A stretch of 64,000 bases of DNA from Camelus dromedarius (taxonomy: Eukaryota). This document shows, in pieces, positions 1 through 11,923 of the stretch. Position 1 is the first letter of the stretch, and every line of letters starts with the position of its first letter. The notes beneath the pieces are model-generated. The model was not told where the DNA came from, ran no database searches, and worked only from the letters and a program-made list of their open reading frames with translations. The stretch covers positions 13,764,001-13,828,000 of the forward strand of contig NC_087463.1 of assembly GCF_036321535.1 (NCBI RefSeq), written 5' to 3'. The position numbers and the translations under genes are program-made.

Positions 1-2150
1 AAAGATCTATTTGTGTCTCTGCCCATTGCTTCTAACTGCTGCACAGTATTTCAGAATTTGTATCTAGTGCAGTTATGTCTGCTCTCCTATTTTTGGGTAC
101 CCGTATTACCTTCATTTTCCTCACTTTACACAATACTATGGTAAACATACCCTTTGGACCTCTGTGGTGCTTTCTTTTGAGATATATATCCAGGAATGTG
201 ATTTTTGGGTCATAGGTATTCATGTATTTCATTGAAGGACTGCCAGACTGTGTTCCAGAACGAGTGGTCTGTACTCCTGCAGGCATTTCACGAGAGTTTC
301 TATATCCTTGTGTCCCCACCAATGCTTAGTGTCATCTAGTGCCCCGCTTTTTTCCAGACTGATGATGGATACAAAGTGAAATCTCATTTTAAATTACGTG
401 TCACTATTACTAATGAGTTTGAGCCTTTCTTGATGTGCATTTTATCTTTTTTGGGTTTTCTCTTTTGTAAATTTGTTCATTCCTTTACCCATTTTAATTT
501 TGAGGTTTCACTCCTTTTCCTGTTGATCTGCAGAAGTTCTTTGTATTTCCTACATATTAGTCCTTTAATATTATATCTGACCCTATTCTGTCATTTGTAA
601 TGTTTTTTATTCTGTCCTTCATTGAACAGGAGCCTTCAATTTTGATATAATCAAATTAAAAACATTTTTTTTTTGCCTACAGTTTGTGTTTCAAGTAGTC
701 TTTCCCCAATTCTATGTCACAGTTACTGTCTGTTTATGTACTACTAACTTTATAATTTTCATTTAAATTTGTAGGTCTTTAGTTCAGCTAGAGTGTCTTT
801 TTACACGTCACAAGGTGGAGATCCAGTTTATTTTTCATACAGTGTGCCAGTCTCTCCTTTCCCCATGGATAGGTTGTACCACACTTACCTAAGTGTGGTA
901 CCACTACTAAGTTCTCATATGAACTCTGAAGACTGCAGTCTGTGCCTTTGGATTATTTCTTTGCTCTTGCTCTAATACCAGACTGTTTTAGTATGATAGC
1001 TTTGTATTGCTATTTTTCCTACATGAATAAGTCTTCCCATTTATTTTGTTTCAACTTATTTTGAAATAATTACAGATTAAAGTTTCTAAAGTAGTACAGA
1101 GAGGTCTGGTCTTCCTCAATGGTTACATTTTATACAACTCTTGTATAATGGCAAAACCTTGACATTGGCATAATACCTGGATATAGTTCTATGCCATTTT
1201 ATCACCTGTGTGGATAGACACTTGTAACTACCCCTGCAATCAAGATACAGAACTATGCTGTCACCACAACGACCTCCTTTGTGCTACCCCTTTCTAGTCA
1301 TTTCCATCTCCCTTCCCCCTATTATCCCTAACCTCTGGTCACTTTTCAATTTTCCATCTATAATTTTATCATTACAAGAGTGCTAAATAAATGAGATCAT
1401 ACAGCATGTGACTTTGAGACTGAGATTCATTTAAATCGTTGGCTGAGACAACTTTTGAGATTCATCCAAATGATTGTGTAATTTGGGAAGTACTCCATGG
1501 TATATATACCAGTTTCTTTAAACATTCACCTGGACATTGAGGCTGTTTCCAATTTTTTGCTATTACAATTAAGCTGCTATGGACACTCTTTACAGTTTTT
1601 TTCTGTAGATGTATAATTTTTCACACTTTTGGGGGATAAATGTCTAGGAATGTGATTTGCTGAGTGGTATGGTAAATATATGTTTCATTTTTGAAGAAAT
1701 TGCAGAACTGTTTTCTAGAGTGGCTGTACCATTTTACATTTCCACCGGCAATATGTGAGAGATTGCATTTCTTTGCGTTCTTGCCAGCACTCGATATTGT
1801 CACTGCAGTGCATTGTGGTCTTAATTTGTGTTTCCCAAGTGGCTAGTGATGTTAAATATCTAGTAAGGCAAGTTCTCCATTCTTTTTCCATTTTCAAAGT
1901 TGACTTAGCTATTTGTGGATTTTCATTCTTTTCTGTATATTTTAGAGCTAGCGTATCTAAAAGCAACACAACTAGAATTTTGATTTAAGTATGCATTGAA
2001 TTTATAGGTTTACTTCAGGAAGAATTGACATCTTTGTAACATTAGATCATTGTATCCAAGAGCATGGAATGGTCTTCCATTCATGACTGAGCAGAAGGAA
2101 ATTTTTTTGTAGTTTTAAAGAATATTGTGAATAGATGCTAATTTAAAGTA
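1..2150 (-). mobile_element. Old L1M remnants: an ORF2-end fragment (1-1020, resuming about 1860-2150) apparently interrupted by an L1MC/L1MB-like 3' end (about 1035-1850)
   Basis: Antisense L1 ORF2/3'UTR motifs such as gaaggactgccagactgtgttccaga, ttttctagagtggctgtaccattttacatttccacc and gcattgaatttataggtttacttcaggaagaattgacatc. Boundaries approximate. Confidence 0.7.
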
Positions 2151-2186
2151 GATTCTTGTTGACAGAGATAGGCCTGGAACTAGGTG

Positions 2187-2464
2187 GTGCCTTTATTCCT
2201 GGTTTACCTGCTACGTCTCTCTGTGACACTGTTCTGTTTTTTGATGTATTTTGATTTGTTGATGGGTATAACGTTTTTTAAGGCAAAAAAGACTGATTTT
2301 CATATATATTGATAGTCTGTGTTTGTGTGTGTGTGTTCTACTAGGCAGAGATCAAAATCCATAGTATAAATCTTGAAGTAATTTTGGTACTTGTAGAGTT
2401 AGGCCTCAAACAAGGTAGTGCCTTTATTCCTGGTTTACCTGCTACGTCTCTCTGTGACACTGTT
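2187..2464. repeat. 47-bp perfect direct repeat (2187-2233 = 2418-2464) with degenerate flanks
   Basis: gtgcctttattcctggtttacctgctacgtctctctgtgacactgtt occurs twice, offset 231 bp. Confidence 0.95.
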
Positions 2465-3749
2465 TTGTTTGTTGGGACTGAGAAAGTCAAAGATGAGAGT
2501 ATAGGGTTAGTGAGATTTGTAGGTTCTGTTCCCATTTTGTCCATTTCATTGTTGGAATTTATAAAGAGTTTGTAATCTTACGTACGTGCGTGCTGGTGAC
2601 CATGGGCAGAGCCAGCTGAGAGCTTCTTTGTGGTTTAGTGAGGTCCTGTCGTCAACAAGAGCATACCTTGCATTCCTACTCACAGATACTGTGATTGTAA
2701 TGTTAATTTAGAATTTGAACTCCGCACATGGCTCATTTGCCTTGATCTGTATCTGATACTTAAAGCTACTTTGCTGATAAGAGCACCAGAGATATTGTTG
2801 GAAGAAGTCCTACACCATGACTGCACTCAGAAAGTCCTTGTCCAAGTGGAATTTTTATTTCTTTTCTAATTAAATAGCATATACACTGTGGTCATAAAAT
2901 ATTAAATATTTTAAATAAAATTAGGTATCTTTTCCAAAATATGTGGGTGATGTTTAATGAAAATGTAGGGTTTGGGGGTTGATGGTTCATAAAGTGATGA
3001 AACAATGAAACGTTACGGCACTGGTTAAGAGTGGAGAAAATTTCTGAAGTGCTAAGAGTTATTCTGTAGGCTCTTTTAGAATAGAAGCCTACTGGAGAGG
3101 CATGACTTTTAAACCACTGTCTCCCATTCACCTTAGCAATTTTAATTTACGACCTTTCAAGCTCACAGAAGACATTTTACTAGTGTTTTGCCCATACGTA
3201 TTTCTCTCTGAAGGTTGGCAGTTAATATATGTCAGTGATAACAGATCGATAGAATGTGCCAGTTACCTTCAGTTCTCACACTCAGGTTTTTTATTTTGCT
3301 GTCTTCCTTAAGGGCTCTTCTTTTGTCTAAACATTTTAAATACACACAAACAAGAAAAAACCACCATTAGTGGGAGTTAAAAGTTCACACTAATATAAAG
3401 TGTCAGTTTACTTAGTTTAAACAACAGTTTTGTGATTTATTAACAAGCCTTAGTGAGGGTTGTAGCGATTAAAGTAAACCTTGTTAGCTAATTTGCTGCA
3501 TAGGTTCTAAGACATGTCTCGCTGTGCATGTATCACAGATACAATAAAAGAGGCTGGAATATAGATGCAACCTGCAGCTGGGGAAACAATTAGTATGTTA
3601 ATAGGGATTAAGGACACTTGTATTCATTTTTGGCATTATTATAGAAAAATTAATTGATAAGCAATTCTGAAATATGAAGCATGTAAAATCAAGATGTATT
3701 TTAGTTTGTTGATGGGTGCATCTTTTTTTAAGGCAAGCAAATGTGTTTT

Positions 3750-4580
3750 ATTCATTACTTTGTTCATTTATTCAATAAATACTTGGGTGCCTCCTATATG
3801 GCAGAAGTTGTAGGCACTGGGAATACAGTACAGAGCAAAACAAACATAAATCATCACCTTTGTGGAGCTTATGTTACAGTGGCAAAGACAGATGAAAAAT
3901 AAATAAGTAGAACATATGGTATATTAAATGATTGTAAGTGCTCTTAAGTATAGCAAAATGCTTTTGGAATGGTGGATTTTGCAATTTATGATGGTCAGGA
4001 AAGGCCTCGCTGAGAAGATGACATTTTAGCAGAGATTGGAAGTGGATGAGGGCAATATTAAGACGGAGTTGCCGTTGACTGAGCTGGGGAAGACCATGGG
4101 AAGGCAGGTTTTGGGAAGAAGACTGGAGACTCACTTCTGAACATGTCAGGTTTGAGAAACTTATTGGCAATCCAGATGGAAATGTTGAGTAGGAAGCCAC
4201 GTATGTGAGTGTGGTGTCAGAAGAGAGCCCCAAGCTAAAAGCTGGAGAATTGTCAATGTATAGCTGGTATTTAAAGCTGTGAGGCTTGGTAAGATCATTG
4301 AGGGAGGCAGGGAGTGCTGCCAGAGAGGAGATGAAGTCCAAAGACTAAGCTCTGGGCATGCCAACATTAAAGGTCAAAAATGAAGAAAAATGGAAACCAA
4401 AGTCATGGAGACTAAAGGTAGCAGGAAGGTGTGACGAGCTGGAGGCCAAGTGAAGAAGTGTTTTAAGGGAGACGAAGTGTGGATGATGTCAAATGCTGCT
4501 GGTTGGTCAAGAAAGATGGGGATTATGACTTGACATTGGGTTTAGCAATGGGGAGGTTTGGTGACCTTGACAAGAGCATT
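3750..4580 (-). mobile_element. L2 LINE 3' portion
   Basis: Begins ttcatttattcaataaatacttgggtgcctcctatatggcag (antisense L2 tail), followed by typical L2 motifs. Confidence 0.75.
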
Positions 4581-4609
4581 TCTGTGACAGGTGGAACACT
4601 TTTCTGTAG

Positions 4610-4770
4610 TCTCCGTATAAGGAGGAGGGTAATGTTACAAATGAGGACATTCTGATTTGGAATATTTCCTTCATATTTCTTCAAGGATTACAGCTAGTAA
4701 GTAGGGGAGCTGGAGTCTTCCCTAGTCAGTGTGACTCTCAAATCTTCACGCTTACTTGGCACGCCTTACT
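4610..4770 (-). mobile_element. MIR fragment
   Basis: ttacaaatgagga...caaggattacagctagtaagtaggggagctgg resembles the MIR core. Confidence 0.55.
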
Positions 4771-6109
4771 GACCCCCAGAATATTGTGACAATTCATCTT
4801 CTAGTCCAGGAAGGCGTGTTTGTTTCTTCTTCTGCGTGCTTTAATTTATGAACAATGAGAGTCTTCAGTACTTATTTTAGAGTTTTGATGGCATTGTGGG
4901 GGAAAGCAGGAGGAATGACTGGAGATGGAGGTGAGATTAAAGGTGGGTGGGGGGATAAAGCTGAAGTGGATTCTACCAGATGGGATCTGTTTCCCCTAAA
5001 ATGTAGGGACTTGGTGGGCAGAGTTTGCTTTTAGCTTAATCAGTAACTCTTGAAGCTGAGGCAGGTTGGTGATGGATAGAGCACGTAAGTAGAAGAGTTC
5101 AGACATCTTAATGGCAGCTGCAGAAATTTACAGTGTGATTCATATGCCTCAAAATCTATGAATCATTTTTAAAATTGTGATTTATTTTTGGCCAGATAGC
5201 TCTACAGTTCTTCAAAACCCGACTCTCATGTGCTCAGGGCTGTTTCAGCAATAAGAAATAAGTGTAGTCTTCTGCTGCCATCTGCTCATTCCACATGTCC
5301 TTTTGAAACAGAACCCTGGAACTTCCTTTAACAAAGCAGTCCTGAAGTGTCCAGTTCTTTGGGAGTGGATTTCTTGCCACTCAATTAAGAAAATATAATC
5401 TGGTCAACTTAGCGACAAGCTTAGTGTTCAGAAGATTGTGTGCCTCACAACTCTTTAATTCCAGGAACCCTTTGTTTTGAGGAAGCAGCTCGTTAATTTC
5501 TTCAGTGCGCTTTTAGGGCCTGGCTCTCTCGTTGCGTTCTAATAAAGCCTTCACTATCTGATTCAGTTTTTTCCAAGTCTTCACTAAATTGACAGCAAAA
5601 GCGTAATCACAAAGAACGTTTGTAATCTTAAGGACCACCTCCCTCATCACATTATACTGTGATTTTTGACTTGAGCACAATTTTCAACAAATGATGTAGG
5701 AATGTTCTGAGAATTTGAATAAACCTTTAAAGACGTCTTTCTTCTTTCATTGCAACTGTGGCAAATACATTGAGTTATTTGGTCTCTAGTCCCAGCTTTT
5801 CATATTCCCCATTGGTAAGTGGGTGATATAGGCCTGCCTGCTCTTGTTCATTTGTGCCCATTCCCATGAGAAAGAATTTGAGTTTGTTTTTGCCTGTAAG
5901 CCTCAGAGGGCCTGCCTGGGGCACAGGAAGCAAACAGATGGAGATGGTATTGACTCTGCTGTGAAAATGCCTGTGTTCCTGGGATAGAAATCCATCTTGC
6001 TTTCACCTTTGAGTGTTAGAAAAGCAATGTAGAGAAATGAACATTGATCTGATTCTAGATTTTTTCATATATAATCTTGACTTTTATAGCTTTTAGAAGT
6101 CACGTGGGA

Positions 6110-6810
6110 ATACCAGTATCCTGTGAGATCTTACAGGACAGGATGATCTTATCAGAGTGTCACTCCGTAGGTTTTAAAGAGTTTTAAACGGGAAAAATAT
6201 TTTCAGTGAAATTTTTGGTAGTCACTGCTTTAATCAGATGGTCCTAGGTGGCATCACTGATAGCAGGACAACGTGATGTTACATGCCTCCTGCCGTGATG
6301 CTGTGTGACGCGTGCAGAATCGCTTGTGAAGCACACCTGCCAAAAATGTTTCATTTGGACCTGAGGATGTCTTTAGATCCAACTTCCAGTTTATAGGAAA
6401 AGCAGAAGAGAGGTGAACAAGATAATGACATAAATAAGATCAGATAAATCAAAAACGTGGAACATTTTTTAGACAAAGTAATTTGAATTTGGATTGGATT
6501 GTAGATGCTGTTAGAGAATTATTATGGTATTAATAATGGTGATTGTGATAATGGTATTGTGTTTGTGAAGGAGGATGCTTTTAATTATAATCTCCGTATT
6601 TTAAAGTATTAAGGGAGGAATTGTCCTATGTGTAGGTTATTTTCAAATGGCTCAGCAAAAAAGTGTCTATATGTGTATGTATGTATATATACCTATGCAT
6701 GTATTGACAAGAGAAGTTTGACACGATATTTATTGATATTGAGTGATCTTTATATTATTTTTGAGCTTTTTGTATGTTTAAAATTTTTGTAATAAAAAGT
6801 TGGGGAGAAT
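6110..6810 (+). mobile_element. L1ME-type 3' end
   Basis: ctttagatccaacttccagtttataggaaa...gtgataatggtattgtg...ttttcaaatggctcagcaaaaaa, ending in aataaaaag. Confidence 0.7.
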
Positions 6811-7199
6811 CATAAGGAGAAAAGTAAATTTCATCTTAAGCTTTTTATTAAAAGAACAATCAAATTAAAAAAATACTCCAAATCTAGTTAAAGATCCTCC
6901 CTTGTTCTTTGAATTTTTCTTAGGGCTCCCTAGGCTTTCACACTTCTGGGCAGAACATAATTGGAAGAGTACGCTGAAAGAGGGGGTTGAGGATTAGGAA
7001 ATGATCAGCCATGTCAAACTGGTAGCTGTGCAAGACTGAATATAATGTAAGGACTGAATAACATGGTTAGAAAGAGTAGGTATCAACTGTCCATTAATGT
7101 CAAAGCGTCCTCACGTCTCTCCCAAGACATTACTTCTCTCTGCAGTACTAGAGAGTTCTTCCCTGGAGTAGCATGTTAGAGAAATTGTCGACCTCTTCA

Positions 7200-7900
7200 T
7201 GTAGAGGGAGATCTTTAGGTCTTTTGAAAATAGAACCTAGATTACATGAAGCCTTTCGTAGTGAGAAAATAGAAACTTCGCATTAAAGACCACAGATTTC
7301 AAAATGTTGATTGTAATTAGAATGGGAGAGAGAGAGAGACTGAGAGAGGGAGAGAGAGAGATTACTAGATTTACAAGCAGGGGCCAGTAACAAGTGAAGG
7401 AGTTTTGGACAAAAACGAGATGTAAACATGTTGGAAGGGGCAAAGGCTAATTCAATAGAAAGATAAAGTGGCAGTCAGTGAGAGAGTAGTTAAGGGAGTA
7501 AGATCCTTCAGAGAGTCCAGGAGGAATTAGATTTAACAGAAAAGAGGAGGTATTTCTTCTTTGGAAATATCTTGCTTGGAACACAGTGAGAGCTTAAACG
7601 GTAGTTACTGTTATTCTTTGTTTATTCATTCAATGAATACACAATTGGTCACTGGTTAAAGCCTGTAACTATTCTAGGTGCTGATAAACCATCACAAATC
7701 CCAGTGGAATACAGTTTGCTTGATAATTAAATTACAAAGATGATGGTCTTCCGTAGATGATCTGGTGTTACCCTTGAGGGACACAGATTTTTGTGAAATG
7801 GATGGATTTATAAACAAACAACTGCACACAAAATGATGAGTGTTCTGCAGTGGTACGTAGTGAAAATACAGTAGCAGGAGTAGTGAGTGCCGGGCTTTGG
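7200..7900 (-). mobile_element. L2 fragments with an internal (GA)n tract at about 7326-7360
   Basis: Purine-rich L2-like sequence and an antisense tail tttattcattcaatgaat near 7620. Confidence 0.5.
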
Positions 7901-8574
7901 GACAGGGCGCTCACAGCAGAGGGGAGCTAGTGTTGGAATAAGTTATAGGCTAAAGAGAAATACTCATTAAATGCTTTTTGAAAACTCTATGTGTGTGCAT
8001 AGGTGCATCTTTAAGATAAAAGAACCTGGTGAATCAGGGCCATTTACTTAATTTCTTTATTAAGCTATCTTTTGGAATATAGCAAAATACCCAAAGGCAG
8101 GGGAAATAAAACCTCTCAAGACCAAAGGATTTATCTTGAGAATTAGGATTCCCACTCAATCCAGTCTCTTACTTCTCTTACTCTCCCTTTTCAGAGGTTG
8201 TCATCATTACTGTTTTTTTTTTTTTTTAATTTGGTATCATTACAGAATTATTCTAAACATTGTGTTTGTGTGTGTGTGTGTGTATGTATAGATGTGTGTT
8301 GATAAATATATATCTCTCTTTTAAAACCTAAAATGGGCGTGTATTTTGCACATTGTACTCTACCTTTTCCCTTGGTTCTAGAGATTATTTCATATCTCAT
8401 GCTGCAGTGTTTTATTGTTAAGACTGTAGTAATTTATTTAATCTCTGATTCCTGGACATTAAAGTTCTTTGCATGTACCTTTAACAATTGGGGAAATTTT
8501 CAGACATATAAAAATAGTAAGAATAATGTAATGAACACTGTTGTACTTGTAAAAAAGAGAGCTTTAACACTTAC

Positions 8575-8981
8575 TTTGACAGTTTGGGTTCCCTGGTGAG
8601 CAGACTCTGAGATGGAGATTAGCACTCAGGTTTATCAGGGAGAGCTCTTAGTACCAACGCCTGGGAAAGGAAGCAGGGTTGGCAGAGGGAGAAGTTGAGC
8701 TGTGATGAGTATCATTGGAATCTCAGCTGACCCTGGGGGCGGCTCCGAAGATGGAATGACCCTTCAGAACCATCCTGAATTGATATGAAGGGGCCTGGCC
8801 TTGACTGTATATTCTCAAATTGAGTAGTCATTGGATGTGGGCTGTTCCACTGGAAGGGGGCAAGGTATCTCCCTTTGGCTGGAGTAGTCCTTAGTGGGGG
8901 CTGACAGCCCAGTGCTCTCAGCAGCTGGGATTTGAAGTCCTTTATTCCTGAGATGAATGTGGGCGCATACCATCCATCACA
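8575..8981 (-). mobile_element. ERVL-class solo LTR (LTR16/LTR33 group), flanked by antisense L1M-like remnants
   Basis: tttgggttccctggtgagcagactctgagatggagattagc...ggcagagggagaagttgagctgtgatg...agtcattggatgtgggctg...catccatcaca follows the recalled consensus along its length. Confidence 0.7.
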
Positions 8982-10369
8982 CTTACGCGCCTGTTTCATC
9001 TTATCCCTTCCGATACCTCTTACCCCCTACCCATTTCTATTGTCCCTCAAGTGCCAGAGCCCAGACATCAGATGATTTTATCTGTAAATACTACAGATCT
9101 ATTTACCTTTGAGTAATGTGTTTTAGTAAAGTCTTAATTAACCAGATTGACTGGGAATGAAGTTTTCTGGTAAATGGAATTTTATGGTAAATGAAGATGA
9201 TATAGAATAGTGAAGGGCACTTATTTCATGAGGAATCCGGAGGTCTGTGTATGCCCCTGAGATCTGAGATCAGTTCTTGGTGCGATCTTGAGAAAGTTGC
9301 CAATAGACCTAAATATTCATCAAAACAAATCTCTATAAGATAGTATACTTGGTTTAGAAACTCTACTCTCTATTTCTAGGTTAGGAAGCCAAATTATTTT
9401 TCTTTTTGTCAATTACAAAAGCCTTTGTTTTACAACTGCTTAAATACAAAAAGTGAAACAGCAGGAGGTAGACCCGTATTTCATCAACTTATGTGATGAG
9501 TTGGTTCACTGATACAGGCAAAGGGTGATTGGCCGTTCACGTGGAACAGTTTTTGTTGAGTTTTCTGGTGCCATTTTGTGAACGTATTTTCCAAGTAATA
9601 ACGTCTCTGAGACCAGATAATGCTCTGTTCCTGTTTTACTTCATTTATGTTCTCATTTTCCTTCTCCCTCCCCCCATGCTTGCTTCTTCTCTTTCCTTAT
9701 CACTCTGCTTGGAAAGTAATAGTCACTTGTGTCTTTTTCTTGCCTTCAGCCTTGCAAATTTCATTAATTGCCATGATTTACTGTTCTTCTATAATGCCTT
9801 ATATTTTCTTTTTCTTTTCAAAACTCTCATCATTTTAGCTAAACTCCTTGTCACTGCGCACCCAGATTTACTGCAGTAGCGTCACATTTGGTTCCCCTGT
9901 CTGCAGTTTTTTCTCAGTTGAAACAAACTTCATACTATCTCAAATAGTTTTAGTATACTGTTTCTCTGTTTAGATATCTACTTATGGGACCATTAAAGTT
10001 TCTTTAAAATCCAGTCCTGCTTAAGACCAGTGTGAACCTTCTCCCTTTTCAAAATCTAAATTTGTTAATTCTGGTTAAGCGGAGAATGATTTATCTCACA
10101 ATTAGAATCCAAAATCGTTGATGACCTCACTGGGCATCAGTATTGTAATAGTAGTCCCTGTCCTTTATATAGAGGGCTTTTAGTATTGCAAATTGCTTTT
10201 TCCTTGCTTTTGTTCTCAGAGTACCTTTGTGTAAAACCTGTATCAAGATCTTTGTTGCATTTTTATCAGCTTGGGGTGTTGAACACCAAGTCCTATCTAT
10301 TGTATGTCTAAAATAGCTCTCATATTTATCTTATTATTACCATTCTCACCACTGTTACCTTTCATCATG

Positions 10370-11030
10370 TATTTATTAAAGATATTCTATCTGACAGACA
10401 CTATGCTCCGCGTCATATGGTAATGGATACATAGATGTGGTTCTTGTTCTAGGGAGCTTGAAGAGTAGTAGGGGAGACAGCCATTAAACAGAGACGCCCA
10501 GAAATAGTAATGAGAGTTCATCGTCTCTTACCAGCAGTGCAGCAGTGTCCTCTTGGTCTTCAAACCCAGTTTTATCCCTCTCTGTTATATTGCAGCTAGC
10601 GTGATCTTTCCGAAAAGCAAATTCAAATTTAAAACATTGACCTGTTTTCCATTGCTGGCAGGTTAAACTCCAAATTCCTTTAGATGGTTTACCAAGTTCT
10701 TTATGAGTTGTTGACCTGTTGGTTCTTTGTGCTCTGAATGCCAGCCTTACTATTTTTGCTGTCCAGAAAGAATTGAGATCTGTTACCTCTGGGACTTAGA
10801 ATATGTGATTTCTTAAGCCTCTTCCTTGGGTAATTACTACTTATTCTCACTTACGATTTCTCCCAAGAGTCCTTCCTGGACCCACTGGACTATAGGTTAG
10901 GATATCCATCTTTTGTGTCTCCGTAGGGCTTGAGATTTCTCCCTTATCACACTCTGTGATAATTGTTCGTCTGCTATTGTAATACCATAGTACAGGCACA
11001 GAATGGAAACTTGGGAAATGCTGCCCCAAA
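10370..11030. mobile_element. L2 fragments (about 10370-10500 antisense, 10540-11030 sense)
   Basis: atttattaaag...ctagggagcttgaagagtagtaggggagacag and gcagctagcgtgatctttccgaaaagcaaat resemble L2. Confidence 0.55.
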
Positions 11031-11339
11031 AATGGATACTAATTATTGTTATTCTGAGATCAGAATTTAGTTTGAAAGCTGTTTTAGTAGTGGAATTGGA
11101 GTTTGTAGTGTTATTTCTAATAAAGTCATGCGGAATTAAATTGTTATATTTGCAGATAATAGAATTGCGTTAGACAAGCACGTACAGTAATAATTTTATA
11201 TTGTGTCAGAAAGTCAGTGAAAGATACTAACATGTTGAAAAATCCTGTTTTATTAAATCTTAAGTGAGTGCTGGAAGAAACCAGTAGATATGGAAGCAGA
11301 ATGTGAAGAAGTAGCAAAATCTGTGTTTTTTTTTAAAAA

Positions 11340-11565
11340 ATTAATATTTATTGAGCAATTGTCATATGCTAGGTATTTTACTTGCATTAAATATATGATT
11401 TCTCTTAATCTCTATGATAGCTTTCTGAAAGGAGGGTATTATTGTTCATCTTTTGCAGATGGGGAAGCTGAGACCCAGAGGGATAACTTTTTCAAGATTA
11501 CATAGAAGAGCCAGAATTTGAATATAGTTCTTCTGATTGTAAGTTCAATGTTCTTTCCATTGTTA
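11340..11565 (-). mobile_element. MIR
   Basis: tttattgagc...ttttgcagatggggaagctgagacccagag...agccagaatttgaa. Confidence 0.75.
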
Positions 11566-11753
11566 TTTTTTGTTGTAGTTGCTGTTGACCGAAGTACAGT
11601 TTTATTTCTGTATAGAACTGAGAAGTAGGTGAAAAGTGAAACAGAAAATTAAGTGAAATAGAAATTAAGGTAACCAAAAGGGATGACTTAATTTTTATCT
11701 CCCAGACCCCTGTTCTTTATGATTTGATTTCTTTGACTTAAAAGTGATTCCAA

Positions 11754-11923
11754 GATTATACTGTATGGCACAGGCAAATAGACACGAGATCTTATGGTAG
11801 CTCACAGAGAAAAAAATGTGACAATGAATATATATATGTTCATGTATAACTGAAAAATTGTGCTCTACACTGGAATTTGACACAACATTGTAAAATGATT
11901 ATAAATCAATAAAAAATGTTAAA
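11754..11923 (+). mobile_element. 5'-truncated artiodactyl-type L1 3' tail with 14-bp TSD
   Basis: TSD aaaagtgattccaa at 11740-11753 and 11924-11937; TT|AAAA endonuclease site; ends tcaataaaaaatgttaaaa. Confidence 0.9.

Noticed and set aside
2994-3047. Possible C/D-box snoRNA (GTGATGA...CTGA)
   Set aside because: Short spacing, no terminal stem and no recognisable guide; other TGATGA hits also lacked a D box and stem.
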